Below are positions 24,311 to 38,300 of a stretch of 64,000 bases of DNA, one piece after another. The translations under genes were made by a program, and so were the position numbers. This stretch comes from Protoeuglena noctilucae (Eukaryota), in assembly GCA_958009085.1 (NCBI GenBank), contig OY253682.1, positions 620,001-684,000 on the forward strand, in the 5' to 3' direction. The notes under the pieces were generated by a model. It saw only the letters and a program-made list of their open reading frames with translations. It made no database searches and was not told the DNA's origin. How positions within the stretch are numbered: position 1 is the stretch's first letter; the number at the start of each line of letters is the position of its first letter.

Positions 24311-25965
24311 TCACTCCTCCACCCACCGGTTCTTGTGCTTGCCCAGCATCGCCTTGCTGAGGATGCGCTGGAACGCCCCCGGCACGGTGAGGAAGCGGAT
24401 GTCTTCCGGAGTGATGGCAGACATGGTTGAGATGCGCTCGCGGGCAGGCACCTGCCGCACGCGCGGCACGAGGAAGTCAGCCACCGTGGTGGCTGGCTCG
24501 GCCAGGCAGTTGATGAACCACTTGTACTGGGGATTGTCGGCCCCCGACATGAGCAGCTCCGTCGTGACCATGCCCGGCGACAGGTTGTGGACCTGCAGTG
24601 GGGTTGGCATACTCGTGGTGTGCCATGCGCCAGCCAAGCGCGCCCATAGTCGGTGCCCTGATGTACTAGGTGCTCTGACGAACTGGGACGGTTGGGTGCT
24701 CTGCTGTTGAATTGGACTCGCACCTGGATTTTGTGGTCCAGCTTTGCCTCCTTGAGCTCCTGGGCCAGGCTGCGGTTCAGCTGCACGATGGCGTGCTTGG
24801 TGGACCCGTACGCCGCAAAGCGCGGCGTGCCCTGCCCGTTGGCCCCCGCGCCATCTGCGCGGCAGGCAAGGGAGTCCTTGGCTTTGGTGTGAGTCGAGTC
24901 CATGATGTTGCAGCCTACCACACCATCACTCTCCTCTCACCCATGTTGAAGATGTGCCCCCCGGTGGGCTGCTCACGCATCACCCGGATGGCCGCCCGGC
25001 AGGAGAGCATGACGCCCAGCACGTTGGTGGCAACGATCTCCCGCAGCTGGTCCGGCGCTTGCTCAAACATCGGCACGTACGTGTAGCCGTTGGTCCCCGC
25101 GTTGTTGATCCAGATGTCGATCGAACCGTACCGCTCCTGCGCACGGGGGCGGAAGCAAGTCCAGAAGGTGGCCTGGAGTGACACATGCCACCCACCGACC
25201 CGCAAGCATGCATGCCGTGCGTCACGGCACCTGGGCCTGCAGCGCTAAGCGCTCCACGTCCTCCGCCAATGCAACGTCGCACGGCGTGGCCATCACGCGC
25301 TGTGCCCCGTACTTGGCGCTGCGCGTACGGGGTGACGACCGTCTGAACAATAACGGAGAGCACCGCAAAGGGCCGGCACCATCCGCCCCGCTCGCCTCAG
25401 CTCCTCAGCCGCCTTGGTCACGGTCGCCTCCGAGCGCGAGCAGATGACCACGTTGTCCCCTAAGTCGAGGAATTTCTCGGCCAGCGCGCGCCCCACACCC
25501 TGCGATCCGCAGCAAGCGAGCGAGACCGCTGAGCGAACGGGACCGGGCATGCCGCATCGGCTCTTCCAGCACGCGCAGACTCGGAGGCCCTGAGACCGGC
25601 TCCACGGGCGTCCCCGGGCGAATGCACACCTTGGTGGAGCCCGTGATGACCACGTTGTAGCGCCGCCCGTTCCTCGATCCGTCCATCGAACCCAGCGCAG
25701 CCTCCAAAACGTCGTTTTCGGAACGCGTAAGCACGTCATCGGATTCCGCGACGGCCCGAGGGGCGCGGGGGCCCCACCTTGCACGTCCCCCACGCAGCGG
25801 CTCCGTCCGCGCGGGGTGCGCGCTGGCTTGGAGCGAGCGATCAAGGGCGAGGCCGCCGAACGTGCTGATCCTAGATGGAAGCGCTGGCGTCGAGCCCGCG
25901 CACGAGGGCCGGTCGCGCACAGGGCGCGACAGGAGCGTGGTCCAGCCAGTGGCTTGCGTGCCCAT
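24311..25965 (-). CDS. NOL: Chlorophyll(ide) b reductase, NYC1-like (SDR family)
   Basis: NVVITGSTK|GVGRALA, IDIWINNAG, GGHIFNM|DGAGANGQGTPRFAAYGSTK (YxxxK) and VHNLSPGMVTTELLMSGA...FINCLAEP. It lacks the long NYC1 C-terminal membrane region. Confidence 0.93.
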
Positions 25966-26486
25966 CTCGGTGGCTCTGCGGACCGGTGATCGGGGCCAGC
26001 AGATTTTGGCGAGGGATAGTCTGGCTCGGGCTCTGTGAGGCGATATCCGGGGAGAGCCCCACTGGCGCAGCCGCTGCCAGCGACAGGAGAAAGCGCCCGC
26101 CCATCGCATATCAAGCACAATCGCCGCTCCGCCGCGCCTCGAGTCTCCCTTGAGGGCTGGACGAGCAAATCCCTCTGTCGCGGGCCCCGGCTCCTGAGAC
26201 TCTCCTGGGCGTCTCGTGTGGCCAATTCAGGCGCTGGCAAGGCCGGTGCGGGGGATACAGCGCGGGAGGGGCGCCAGGGGCCCCGAGCTCGGTCGTTCAG
26301 CCCTTCGAGTGGACCAATGGGTGAGCAGGCATCAGATTGAGCTTGTCTTTATGCGTCATTTGTGTCGGGATGCCCGGAGACGGGTCTGGGCGACCGACGC
26401 GCCCGGCCGGAAGGGTGATGTAGGGTACCGCGCGGTTCCGGGGCGCTGGGAAGCTCAATGGGGGCCATTCCGGATAAGACCTTGAC

Positions 26487-27639
26487 ATGGGTATCTCCGC
26501 GCTCTTCGACGCGGTGCGGGAGGCCCCGAGCCAGCCGCGCGGGGCAGTGCGTGGACTGCGACAGGTTGCCCGGAGCCCAGGGCCCCAGGCCGCGGGGCTC
26601 TCGTCGTGCCGACGCCCATGCTTTTCTCGATTCCGCCTCTGCTTCTCAGTGCCGCGCACTCGGGCTAACCTGCGTGCCATGGAGCGGGAGGGGGAGGGCG
26701 TGACCGGTCCTGCTGGCGACCGTGCTGGGCAGGACGAGCCCGCGCCGCGTGAGGACCCCGGGGCCTGCTCCGCAGAACCCGACTGCCACGGCCGGGTCGA
26801 AAGTGAGCTTGCTCCCGCGGCCGGCAGCGAGCGCGCTGGGCTTATTAGATGCGAGCCTTAGTGCTGAGCCTGTCCGCGCCCGCAGACGGCGAGCCCAGCG
26901 GCCGCCCCGACGAAATTGACGACGAGCCGATGGATGAGGACGACGAGGAAGACGAGGATGACGAGCCGGACGGCGTCCACATTGAGCGCGTGTCCCGCAG
27001 CTCGGCCCTCTTCTCGCACCTTCTGCGCCTCGCCCGGGCGGGCGGCGACCGCGGCCCAAGCATCGTCCACGCGCTGCTCGGCGCCGCGTCGGAGGACGTA
27101 GTCGGGTGACTAGCAGGCCCGCACGGTTGGGAGGCCCTAGGGTGTGGCGCGAGTGACGAGCCAAACAATTTTTTTTTTCTCCCCAGGATGTACGAGAATT
27201 TCCAAGTCGAGATGGCCATGCAGCTTAGCCTGCAGGAGAACCCCGAGTACCAGGACATTGACATGTCGTATGAGAGCCTGATCAACCTCGAGGACGTCAA
27301 GTGCACCTGCACCCCCGAGAAGGTCCGGGCCCTGACCAAGGAGATCAAGTTCTCCAGCCGCAGGCTCCGGAGCCGGGTGGGCGCGCTGCTCGAGGAGGAC
27401 GCCAAGGTGCGGCGCGCGGTCGGGGGTGGTGCTTGGACTAGGGCGCCCGTGCGACCGTTGCAGGGATGCGACCCGACCTGCCGCTGCCGCAGTGCGCCGT
27501 GTGCCAGATGGAGTATGAGGAGAACGAGTCCCTTTTGGAGCTGCCATGCGCCCACCGCTTCCACTGCAACTGCATCAAGGAATGGCTGACGAGTTACAGC
27601 CGGTCCTGCCCGACGTGCCGGAAGGAGATGGAGGACTGA
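26487..27639 (+). CDS. RING-H2 E3 ubiquitin ligase (BIG BROTHER/RNF-like) with an acidic N-terminal region
   Basis: DMSYESLINLED followed by CAVCQMEY...LPCAHRFHCNCIKEWL...SCPTCRKE (C3H2C3). Start uncertain. Confidence 0.85.
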
Positions 27640-28423
27640 TGGGGGGCGAGAGCGAGAGATGGGAGTCTGTTTGAGCGTCCGTTGTGCAGAATGTGCGTTG
27701 CTATCTGTCCAGATGTCGGCCATTCATTCATCCTGCGTGGTGAATGGCATCACGATGCGCCAGTTCGCTGAAGTGCCTGGCATCACGCCGCTTATGCCGC
27801 TCTCCAGACATCGCTGCCTCACAACTGCGATGCTCCTCTTAGAATCTGACGCACTAGAGAGCTCCGTACGATAAAGCCGCTGTGCAGCAACTGGGGGTGA
27901 CGACAATGCTGCGACGCGTCGCAGAGAAAGCGCTGGCGCAGAGCAGGTGCCTCTTGTGGCTTTATCCGCGACGTGCGATGCTCATGTCGCCACCAGAGGT
28001 GGTGACGCCCCGCGGATCGCCTGTCCCTGGGCCAAGCTTGTCACACGCCCCTGTCCTTCCGCCTCCAGGCGCTCCTTCTCCACGCACCGCCCCGGCGATG
28101 CAGAGACTGCGCCACGAGGCCTGGCTCTGGCCCAGTTGGGCATGCGGGGTGCGCAGCTCGGCGTGGTTGGGGCGGCGCTGGGTGTTTTCCTGATTCGGGT
28201 GAGCCACGCTGGCGGTGCGCCGCGGATGGCCGCGTCAGACCTCTATGGGACCAAATTAACGTCGTCATATCCCATACGCGTGCGCAGGACCCCTTGTTCC
28301 GCCTCGCGGCCTCTATTTTCGAGGACAGCGGGGAGGACCTGGAGGATTCGGCCAAGTTCTGAGCCACGGCGGTGCGGCGGGGACTTTTTCTAACCAGTAT
28401 TTGCAAGGTAGTACCGTACATGT

Positions 28424-30815
28424 TCACGCGAGCTTCAAGCGCACGTCCCGCGAGTTGAGCCGCGTGATTCCCGTCTTCCAGCCGGCCGCCCGCGACTGGA
28501 CCATGAAATCCCGGTACAACTCCCCATGCACCGACCGCGCCCATGCCAGAGCCGCAGCCGCCTCCTCTTGGCTGCGGTTGAGAAGGTGGCCATGCCAGGT
28601 TGGCCTTTGCCCCGATGGGCCAACGGGCCTGCGTGCCGCCGCAGCTGCCCGCGAGTGGCCCACCTGACCCGCCCTGGGCTCCCCCTCCAGCACCCCGGCG
28701 CCACACGCCGCACCACGCACATCCACTTGGGCAGACGGTGGAGGAGCCCCCTCTTGGCTCGCCCGGGTCCTTGCTGCAAAGGGAGAGCGGGTGCCCTGGT
28801 GCTACCGTGCACAGCCATGCAACATGGTGGGCCCTAGACCCCCCCCCCCTGCGAATCTCATCCGCGCACCTCGCGCTCCAAACGGTGGAGGACGGTGTGC
28901 CCCAGGAACGCCGCCTCGGTCACGTCGTCGGCCGTGGCTTCGTGGGTCAGCATGACGTGGACCTCGGGGGCAGGCGACACGGACAGGATGTAGCGCTTGT
29001 CACGAAACTCCTCGATCGCGCGCCTGCGCGGCGGACGGCGCGTGGGAGAGCCTTTCGAAGGAATTGGGAGGCAGTGACTACGCGAACAGCCCATGCGGCG
29101 CAATGCCTGGGGTCGACATATACGTCACCTGACGTCGTCCTGCATGGCGCCCCAAGAGCAGAAAGCGTCGCGCATGCTCGAGCCCAGCTTGACTCTGTTC
29201 TGTCCGTGGTCCGCCCACATCACGAGGGGCTCCTCCCGATTCACGCTGGTCGGATCAGGGACCACGCCCGTCATCAGGAACTCCCTGCGAGGGCCGGGCG
29301 AGGCTGGTGGTGAACCGGCGATGACGTTTCCTTTGCAGACGGAAGATTGCTGGTGCACATGCGGCATGGCAGCATGATCACTCCGTCACCGGCACGCCAG
29401 GGCAAGGCGGCCCTGGTTGTAGTAGGGCAGCTCCACGGCATCGATCTCCTTGCGCGAAGCGACCAGGTACCCCGCACTGAGCACGGCGAACACCCCCGTC
29501 GGGGGCAGCCCCGCGCGAGACAGCGCCAAGCCGAGGGCTGTCCCTGCCAGGTCAGCGATGTTCGCGACAGACTCCCCCTGCGACGAGGACGGACCAGCCG
29601 TGAGGACACAGATGCGTGGGCCTTGATAGCTGACCAGCGACGCGCCCAGAAGGCCACTACAAAGGTCAGAGGGGTCCGTGCGTGTTTCACCCTGGCAGTG
29701 ATGTCCGCCATGTTGTTGTTCTGGGCAAAGGACCGGTATATGGGAGCCCTCGTTGCGGACATCGCCACCGCCGCCAGATTCTTAGCCAGGTTGGCCGCAC
29801 ATGCCAGCGGGAGAAACGCCTGGGGGAGGGCTGCGGCACAGGGGCGAGATTGTTCGTGAGTCGAGTGTCCGGCGATGTTTCGCGACCAGGAAGCGGCGCC
29901 CCACGCACCTGCGGTCGACAGCTCCAGCAGCGCCCCGCCCTCCATGAGGAGGTCGCCCAGCAGCCGGTACTGCTTGAGGTCACCGTCCAAGTCCTGCATG
30001 GAAAGGACCCGGCCGGGACGGAGCGAGGTTTGAGGAGGGCTGGAGTGCTCGCTGGAAACTTGGCGCGACCGGGCAAGCCACTGCACGCACCTTGCCCCAC
30101 CGTGCGAAGAGGAATCGCCCCGCCCTGCCCGCCCCGTCCTTGACGACCCATTGCAGCGCTGCAGAGGAAGCGGCGGCCCGGGAAGCCGAGACGCCCACCG
30201 ACTGGATGAGCGCCTTGGTCGTGTAGACGCCAATGGCCCCCCCAAAGAAGTACTGCACGCCGCGCCACATCATGTAGGGCGCATACTGGGGCGTGACCGA
30301 GTCCGGGAAGCCCTGCGCGCGTAACACCATTCGGTCGCAGCAGAGCACGTCGAGCACCCGGCCGGCCCAGCGCTGGAGAGCCGTCCATGTGTGCGGGCGA
30401 TGCGTGGGAAGCTTGCAACGCGACCTCGGTCAATAGGCTCACTTTTGGAAGCAAGAAATCGTCCAGGAGCACTCGCATGGGATTCCTCGAAGTCTTGCGC
30501 TCGATTCCCGGGAGAAAGTGGCGGTCCCCGGGGCCCCCCACGTCAAACGTGACCTCCGCGTCATGCCCGACCGTCTCCGTGACGACGCGACCTGCGCGGC
30601 AGTGCGAGATGGAAGCGATGGTCACTAACGACCATAAGCATTGCGCTGGCGCTTCGGGAGGGGCAAGATAGCGTCGAGGGAGCGGTGGAAGCCCCCGTGG
30701 ATTGCGGCACATCCAAGCTCAAGGGCACCTGGCGCCTTCCCGTTGGCCCTCCCCCGCTCCGGTGGCCCCATGTAACGAATGCCGGCAGGCGATGCGCAGA
30801 TGGGTACAAGCACAA
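28424..30815 (-). CDS. RUS6: ROOT UVB SENSITIVE (DUF647/RUS1-family) protein, RUS6-like
   Basis: LPK|GFPDSVTPQYAPYMMWRGVQYFFGGAIGVYTT, WVVKDGAGRAGRFLFARWG, DLKQYRLLGDLLME, FLPLACAANLAKNLAAV and GESVANIADLAGT. 5' end uncertain. Confidence 0.88.
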
Positions 30816-31206
30816 GTCAGCCCTGCGCCCTGTGGCCCATCGCAGGGATGGCCCCCGCCCCTAACCGCTTCACAGAGCGCAATTCACGTCCCCTGATAGC
30901 CTGTGCGATCCCACGTTGGGTTGCTCCTCGCTCCTCACGAGCCGAAGGCCACGGATGGGAGCGCGTGCCGTGCGCAGCGGGTTTCCCGCACCAATGCCCA
31001 GTTCGATGCGATCACAGAGACAATGCTGCGCACGACACAGCACCTGTTGGGCCGGAAGTCTCGGCTCACGGCTGTGGAGCCGGCACCAGCTCTGGCGTCT
31101 AATTTTTCGGTGGCCACGGGGCGAAATCTGCATCAATGGCCGTCCACTGCGCGCATTCATTCGATTCCGAATTGCGTGATGGCAGGGATTGTCTGTTCCC
31201 ACCGCA

Positions 31207-32148
31207 ATGACGAGCGCGCGGCAAGATGAAGCCTCGGCGAAGATGGGGGACCTCCTATTGCGGGGCTGGACGATGCTCGCAGCCGTCTGCAACGGATGCG
31301 GGACGCCGTTGATGGAGGACCGGCGCCTGGGGACGCGGGTGTGCGTGCTGTGCGGCACCGACGGGGCGGACGCGGACGCCCCGGACGAGGAGGTCCCGGC
31401 CGATGCAGCGGCGCGTACGGAGGAGCTTGGGCGGCCCCAGCAGCGCGGGACTGTCCAAGCGGCAGAGCGGGACGTGTCGGAACTCCTGGCTGAGAAAATG
31501 CTGGCCGGGTGGGCCCTGCTAGGGCAGGCGTGTCCCATGTGCGGGACGACGCTCGTGCGAAACAAGCAGCAGGCGAGCAGATGGCAATGTGCAAGGGCGC
31601 AGGATGCTCCAGGGATCCGGAGACGGTCGATTTAAGGCGGTTTGCAGACGCTGTCGCACTTCTTGCTGCTGTGCAGCAAATGCTGTGCGTCTCGTGCGAC
31701 AAGTTCGTCGTGATACAGTCGTCCGCGGATCAAGCGAGGTCTGCAGCCGAGGAGCGCTCGAGCCCCGCCGTCGCCAGGCCATCGCACGCAGCGCCGGTTG
31801 AGGCCAGCCGAGGCCGCACAGGGGCAGGGGCTCCCAGGCCGCAGGGCCCCTCGCAGGGAAGGCAGAGCCAGTCTGTTCGCGACATCGTCTGGAGGGTGAG
31901 GGCTCGCGCGTGACGCCTCCCTGTGCTTGCATCTGCCTTGGGCAAGCTGCCTAGCCAGCCACGGCGCCTGTGACGTGACTTCCACCCCTTTGTGCGTCAT
32001 CTCTGATCAGAAAGCGGAGGAGACGGCGGCGGAGCTTTCCGCGACGCCCGCCAGCAAGACCGAGGAGTGCATGCGGCTCCTGGCGCTCATACGCGACTGC
32101 CAGCAGACCCTTCAAGTGCTCTCGGAGGTGCCGGACCAACACAGGTAG
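31207..32148 (+). CDS. SSSCA1/ZNRD2-like (Auto_anti-p27) protein with two Zn-ribbon domains
   Basis: SAKMGDLLLRGWTMLAAVCNGCGTPLM...CVLC and SELLAEKMLAGWALLGQACPMCGTTLV...|.MLCVSC, then a C-terminal helix LLALIRDCQQTL. Confidence 0.85.
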
Positions 32149-32303
32149 CAAGAGCATGAGGTAGACACCTAGCACTAACAAGACGTGGCCAGCAACAGAG
32201 GACTGTGTCGACACTGTGAGCTGCAGTAGAGGCCCGGCCATGCGCAGGCACATCTCCGGAGTGGGGAAGAATTTCAAAACAAATCGTCTCTCTTCTGAAC
32301 CCA

Positions 32304-35300
32304 TCATGCCTGACTTCCCGAGGCCGGAGTCTCCGTCCCTGCTGCGCCCTCGCTCGCCGCGCCTCCCGAAGTCTGAAGTCACAGGCGCAAGGTGGTAGCC
32401 ATCAGCGCATCGCACTGAGAGGTGCAATAGCCAGGGTCTCTGCATGTCGCAGCAGAGCACAGATCAGGCATTCGAAACTGCATCACGCCTCTCACCAGGA
32501 TGGCGTCTGCCGCGGCCGGGGCGGCAGGCGGGGTCACAGGGAGCGGTGCCGGGCCCATGACGGGCCGGGGGTTGCCGCCAGCCCATATCCCGGCGGGGAA
32601 GAACTGGGGAGGGAAGACGATGGTGGTGCCGGGGGCGAGCTGGGTGCCCGGGGGTAAGAGCTGGGCGAGCGTGATGGGCGTGTGGGGCAGCACGGTTCCT
32701 GGGGCCTGCGACAGGCCAAGCGCCACGCCCTGCGTCGCCATGGGCAGCGACAGCGCGGGCATCGGCAGGGCGGGGGCCGACGCTGCGGCGGGGCTCGAGT
32801 TGGGCAGCGGCAGGGGCCCCGGTACCAGCGGACCAATGGGCGGCATGAGGGCGGTCAGCGGGAGGGGCCCGGCCGCCAGCCCGACCCCGGCGGGCAGCGG
32901 GGCCGTCGCCACCGGCGCCGCGGGCGTTCCGGGGACGCTCATCGGAGTGACCCTCTCCGGCTGCGCCCTGGGAGCGCCTGCGCCACCGTCCCCGCCGGCG
33001 CTGTCGCCCTCGGCTGGCGGCTGCGTGGTCCGGGGGTTGTGCAGCACGCCCGTGTCTGCCGAGCGGGGCAGCCGCTGCCCGCTCGTCTGCGAGAATCACC
33101 GGGCCGGCGGTTGAGATGGAAAAGCTGCAGGCGCCGCATCTCGGGCAACACATGTTTGGCATTGATATCTCCAGGCACGCCCCCAAGACCTGAAACCTCC
33201 GCGCGGCCCGGTGCGGCCGTCTCACCTGTTGCGCCGCGATGCCCAGCGCCGCGAGCTTGTCCTGGATGGCCTGCGGCATGGGCAGCGTGTGCTCGAACAC
33301 GGCCCCACGCGCGTGCGAGCACTCTGGGCACAGGAACCCTTCCGCCACGTCCGGGTCCTCCGAAGAGAGGCCAAGGCAATCCCAGTGGTACCAGTCCTGA
33401 GAGACGGGGGCGATGGTGGGGTCCATTGGACACCGACCATGTCCATGCCAGGTGGGCTAGCAACCGCGCCATGGTATGTGAGCGCGGGCAGTCACACGAC
33501 CAGGATGGCCATGGCCATGAGCCGCCCGCCCAGTCACCTTGCAGGCGTCGCATTCAATCATGCCCCTGCCGTCGAAGGGCCGCTTGCACAGGCAGTACGG
33601 ACGGGACCGGTCGCGGAGCTTCTGCAGCAACGCGCCCAGCGCCAGAGGGAGGCCCTCGCCCCGCGCCACCAGCTCCTGCACCTCCTGAGTCGGCGTCATG
33701 CTGTCGCGGGTCGCCACCCTCGCCTCCGCCAGCCACGCCCGCGCATCGCGCTCCAACGCTGTCAGGGCCGCCATGCACCAGTCCATGTCCTCGTCCAGCC
33801 CCGCCGCCGCGCCCTCCTGCAGCAGCCGCTGCAGCGCGTCCACCGTCAGCGGCGCCGCGTTGGGCCCCGGGCCCTCCCGCGCCACCGCCCGCGCCGCCAG
33901 GGGGGCGTGCCGCCGGCGCCACTTGTCCCCCCGCAGCAGCGTCAGGGCCGCCCGCCACAGCTCGTCGGACTCGATCTCGCAGGCGAACGCCGCCTTGCAG
34001 ATGCCCATCATCGCCCCGTCCCGCACCGCCTTGGTGGCGTGGCGGGGCAGCCGGCAGCCGGGCGGCGCCAGCAGGTCCCGCAGCACCTGCCGACCCTCCG
34101 CGAGGAACCTTCGGGACAAGCGAAACTAAGTTGGACTATTGTACTCTTCTGTTTGCACTTTCGCACCAGCTGTGCTGCCCCCAAGTCGCCATTCCGACAA
34201 GCAGCGCGTGCTGAGCGTGTGCCGGCCGTGTTTGCTCCCCATCGCCCTGGCTCCTCACCGCTCGTGTTTCTCCAGGATGCCCCCCAGCGTCCCCTCCCAC
34301 GGCAGCTCCCATGGCAGCTCCGCCATCTCCTGCGCCAGGCCTCTCAGCTGCTCCGCCGTGGCCCCCCGCGTCCGCCTCATGCGCGACGCCTGCTTGGGGT
34401 CCTCCAGCGGCGAGGCCCCCGCGTCCCGCAGCGAGATGCAGAACGGGCACACCCACCGCTTGATCCCCTTCACCTGCGCCTGACTCAGGCCCACGCACTT
34501 GGGGTGGAACGAGTCCGTGCACGTGTCGCACTGGACCATGGACCCCTCGGGCCCCCGGCACGGGCACTGCTCCCGCGCGCCCATCCCGGACACCCGCCGC
34601 ATGCGCCCCGCCAGGCCCCGGCCCCTCCCCTCCGTCTCCTCCTCCCCGGCCCTGGTCGGCGCCCTCCGCTGCCGCTGGCCCCGCCCCGCCGCCACGCTCA
34701 CGCCCTCCCACTCCGCCGCGCCCTGGCCCCCGGGGGTCTTGCGCGGCCGCCCGCCCCTCCCCTTCGTCGGCTGCGTTTCTGACAGCCCACTCTGGGGACC
34801 CTCCTCCGCCTCCTCACCCTCGCCCTCACCCTCACCGTCCCCGTTCCCCTCCTCCTCTCCCTCCTCCCCGTCGCCCTCGTCCTCCCCCGATTCCTCTTCG
34901 CTCTCAGACGCCCCCGCCTCGTCGGCCTGGTCTCCGCCCGGAGTCAGCAGAGCGCGTGCCGCACCCACCGTACCCTGGCACCTGCACATGAGGAAAGGGT
35001 CAGCCACGTGAGGAGGGGTGAAAGGTGAGGAGAGGTAAGGAGGGATGGAGCAGCGCCGCGAAGCATCGGATCAGCCAAGTTCAGGCGCAAGTTCAGTGCC
35101 CGGACTGCGGGCACTCAGACACGCCACGGTGCAGCTCACCAGTCCAGAGACCGCTCCACGGTGCCCAGGCATGCGGACAGCATCATGGCCCCGCTCTTGC
35201 GCATGAGAGCCGCGCGCAGGCGGCCCAGGACGCCCGTCGCGCGCCGGGAGACGGCCACGAGCTCCGCCGTGGGTCCGCTTGACAGTGGGGACCGCAGCAG

Positions 35301-38300
35301 CCGCAGCGTGACCTCGAGCATCTCCCGCAGTGGCCGGCGCGGCCCAGGCTCCGTCGCCCACGCCACGTCACGCGCAACACCGCGGTGCTCCTCCACCGCG
35401 GCCTCGAGCCCCGCCAGCGACGGCAGATGCACGTGGGGCATCTCCCGCGCCCGCTCCACCAGCGCCTCCACCGCACCCAGCATCGGCCTCTCCACGTCCT
35501 GCAGCTGCGTCACCACAAGCTCCACGAAGCGATCCTCCGCCTCCTGCCCCAGCTCCGACAGAGGCACCTCCCCCCGCGCAGTCCCGGGGGTCTCGGAGTC
35601 AGGCGTTGGTCCCGGCCACCCCACCTCCTCTCCGTCCCCCACCCCCGCCCCCTCCTCCACTTTGGGCACCTTGGCCACCCCTACCCTCCCCGCCCCCTTC
35701 CCCCCCTTGGCCGATCTCTTGGGCGGCAAGTGGTCCTCAAAGTCTTCGCCAAACGTCTTGCGCTTGCGCACACGCTTGGAAGCACGCACACCGTCCGCGT
35801 CGCTGTCGGCGGCGCCCCTGTCCGCACCCTCCCCCTTCGCACCGTCCTCTGCCGCCGCCGCTGCGGCTGCAACGACGGCTTTGGCACCCCCACCACGCCC
35901 ACGGCCGTTGGCCACCCCGCCCGCCGCCCGCCCCCGCCCGGCCTGCCCCTTCCTCCCAGCCTTGACCCCGCCCCTGCGCCCCCGACCCCGCATCGCCTCC
36001 GCCACCTGCGCCGGCCCCGCCTCTGCCGGCTCTGCTTCCCCCACCGCTGCCGCCACGTCCCAGGCGGACGTGGGCGTCGCTGCCGGTGTCCCCGTGGCAG
36101 TCGGGGTCTGCGGGGCCCCCGGCGTTCCCCTCTCGGCTCTCCGTGCGTCCCCCTCTTGCCGCAGCGCCTCCTGCCGGGCCTTCTGCTCTGCGGACTGCTC
36201 CGCCAGACGCACGGCCGCATGCACCGACTCCACTTCCTGGAGGATGCGCCTGGTGGTGAGCGAGGCGACGACAGGGTCACAAACAAGTCACGAGTGAGTA
36301 TGCGAGAACGTCGCTCGCGATGCAACCAGCCATGACGCGCCACGCAGCGGCAGGTCTCTCTCTCTGCCCACGCACCTGCCCTCCCTCTCCCACCCCTCCG
36401 CGTGCCCCAGCGTCCCCTGCAGAGCCTCCAGCGTCGGCCCCTCCACCTCGAGCCCCGCCGCCTCCTCCACGCACCGCCGCAGCTCTTCCAAATCCACCGG
36501 CTCCGCCCCCGCCGCCGCCGCCTCAGCCGTGGCGCGCTCCGCCAGGGGCCCCGCCCACCGCCGCCACTCCCACGCCTGCACCCGCGCCTCCACGCGGGCC
36601 ACGAGGGGCATCGTGACCCCCACGCCGCGCCCCTCCGCCAGCAGCGCCCGCAGAGGCTCCGCCGCTGCCTCGTCATCACTGGCCGAGGCCTCCAGCGCCG
36701 CCTCCGCCTTCGCGCACCACGCCTCCGCCTCCCGCAGCACCGCCTCGACCACCCTCATCTCGTCCACGATCACGCCGAGCCCGTCCGCGCTCTCCGAAAG
36801 GCCCCGGAGCTGCGCCAGGCTCCCCCGCTCCGCAGCCGGGGTGGTGGCCCCGGCGCCCGTACCCCCCGCCCGCTCGCCGCCTCCCCGCCGCGACCCTGTC
36901 CCTGCCGTCGATGGCGCCGGGGTGTGGCCGCCCTCCGTGGTTGCCGCACCCGTCCCTCCCGGGGTCTCTGGGCCGTCTTCGACTGTGGGGCCATCGACGG
37001 GGCCCTCCCCATCCATGTCTGCCGACTGCGACGGTGCAAAGGAGGCTTTGGCGTTGCCAGGCAGTCATAGGCGGGCACGGTCGTGTCACGGTCGTAAGTC
37101 AAGCATAGGGCTTTGGCCAGCCAAGTTAGGGGGCAACGTGCTTGCAAGAGCGTCCTTGTCGCCACGCCTGCTGTGCCAAGCCACTCACCGCCCCCGCCAT
37201 GGCCAGGCACGCGCGGGCCTGTCGCTGCCACTTGGCCGCGGCGTTGACGATCTGCTGGGCGAGGTTGAGCTCCTGCAGGCGCATTTGCAGGCGTGACCCC
37301 GACTCAATCAGCGCCTGCATTTCCGTGATGTGCGGCCGCGTGTCCACGTCGGGGGAAGGGAGCTCCTCCCCGTCCTCCCCGTCCGCCCTGCAAGCGAGGA
37401 AGGCTCGGGCCGCTGTAACGGCATCGTCAGAAGACGGGGCAGCAGCGTTCATGCTCGGCGTTAACCCCTTCCATTCGCAACTGCCTCTGCGCGATGGTTG
37501 GACAGAGATGCTGCCACGCACCGGTAACACCGCTCCATGAGGGCCTCGGACGACGCCAGCCACTCGTCCGCGCCCCTCACGCGCTCCCGCAGCTGCCCGT
37601 GGAGGTCCAGGCCCTCTGCCCCGACGTCGCCCGCCTGCCGCAGCAGCTCCCGCGCGGTTGTCAGGGTGCAGCGGCCCGAGAGCGCGCGCTTGGCTGCGGG
37701 GACGCGGATTTACAAGCTTTCTTGGCACACAAGCCCTCCCCACGCACCCAGACCCGTCGCCCATCCACCGCGCCCGTCACAGCAAGAGCAACGTCCCCCT
37801 ACACGCAAGCAACGCCTCACCCGCCTCCTCCCACTCGCGCCTCCGCATCTGCGTCCGGAACCCGCTCAGCATCTCGTCCGGGAGGACCACGTCGAGGCGA
37901 TCGAAGGAGGCCAATGCGTCGCGGATCTCCTTCACGGACGCCCGGCGGTCCAGGAGCCCCTGCAGACGCGCCATCCAGGCATCCACGCGCCGCACCGCCG
38001 CGGCGATGGCGTCCATGGCTGGCACGTGGCCGGGGACCTTGTCCGCCGACGCCTGGGCCTCCTTCAGCTGCGGCCGGGGCGGGAAGACGGGCGACGGTCA
38101 CTCTGCTGGCAACTAGCCCCATGTCGCATACCCTCATGCGGGCCCGCTGGCAAGAGGTAACCGTACAGTTGACGAACCGGAATGTTGATGGCACACGCGT
38201 CGGGACCCCCCGTAAACGACCCACCTCTTCCAGCGTGGGCTTGCGGGAGCCGTCAATCAGGTCAGCCACCTCCTCCTGCCACTCGTCGAGTCTGCGGATC

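Noticed and set aside
27165..27186. Poly-T run as a terminator
   Set aside because: It is the polypyrimidine tract of an intron acceptor (…ttttctccccag) in the RING-H2 gene.
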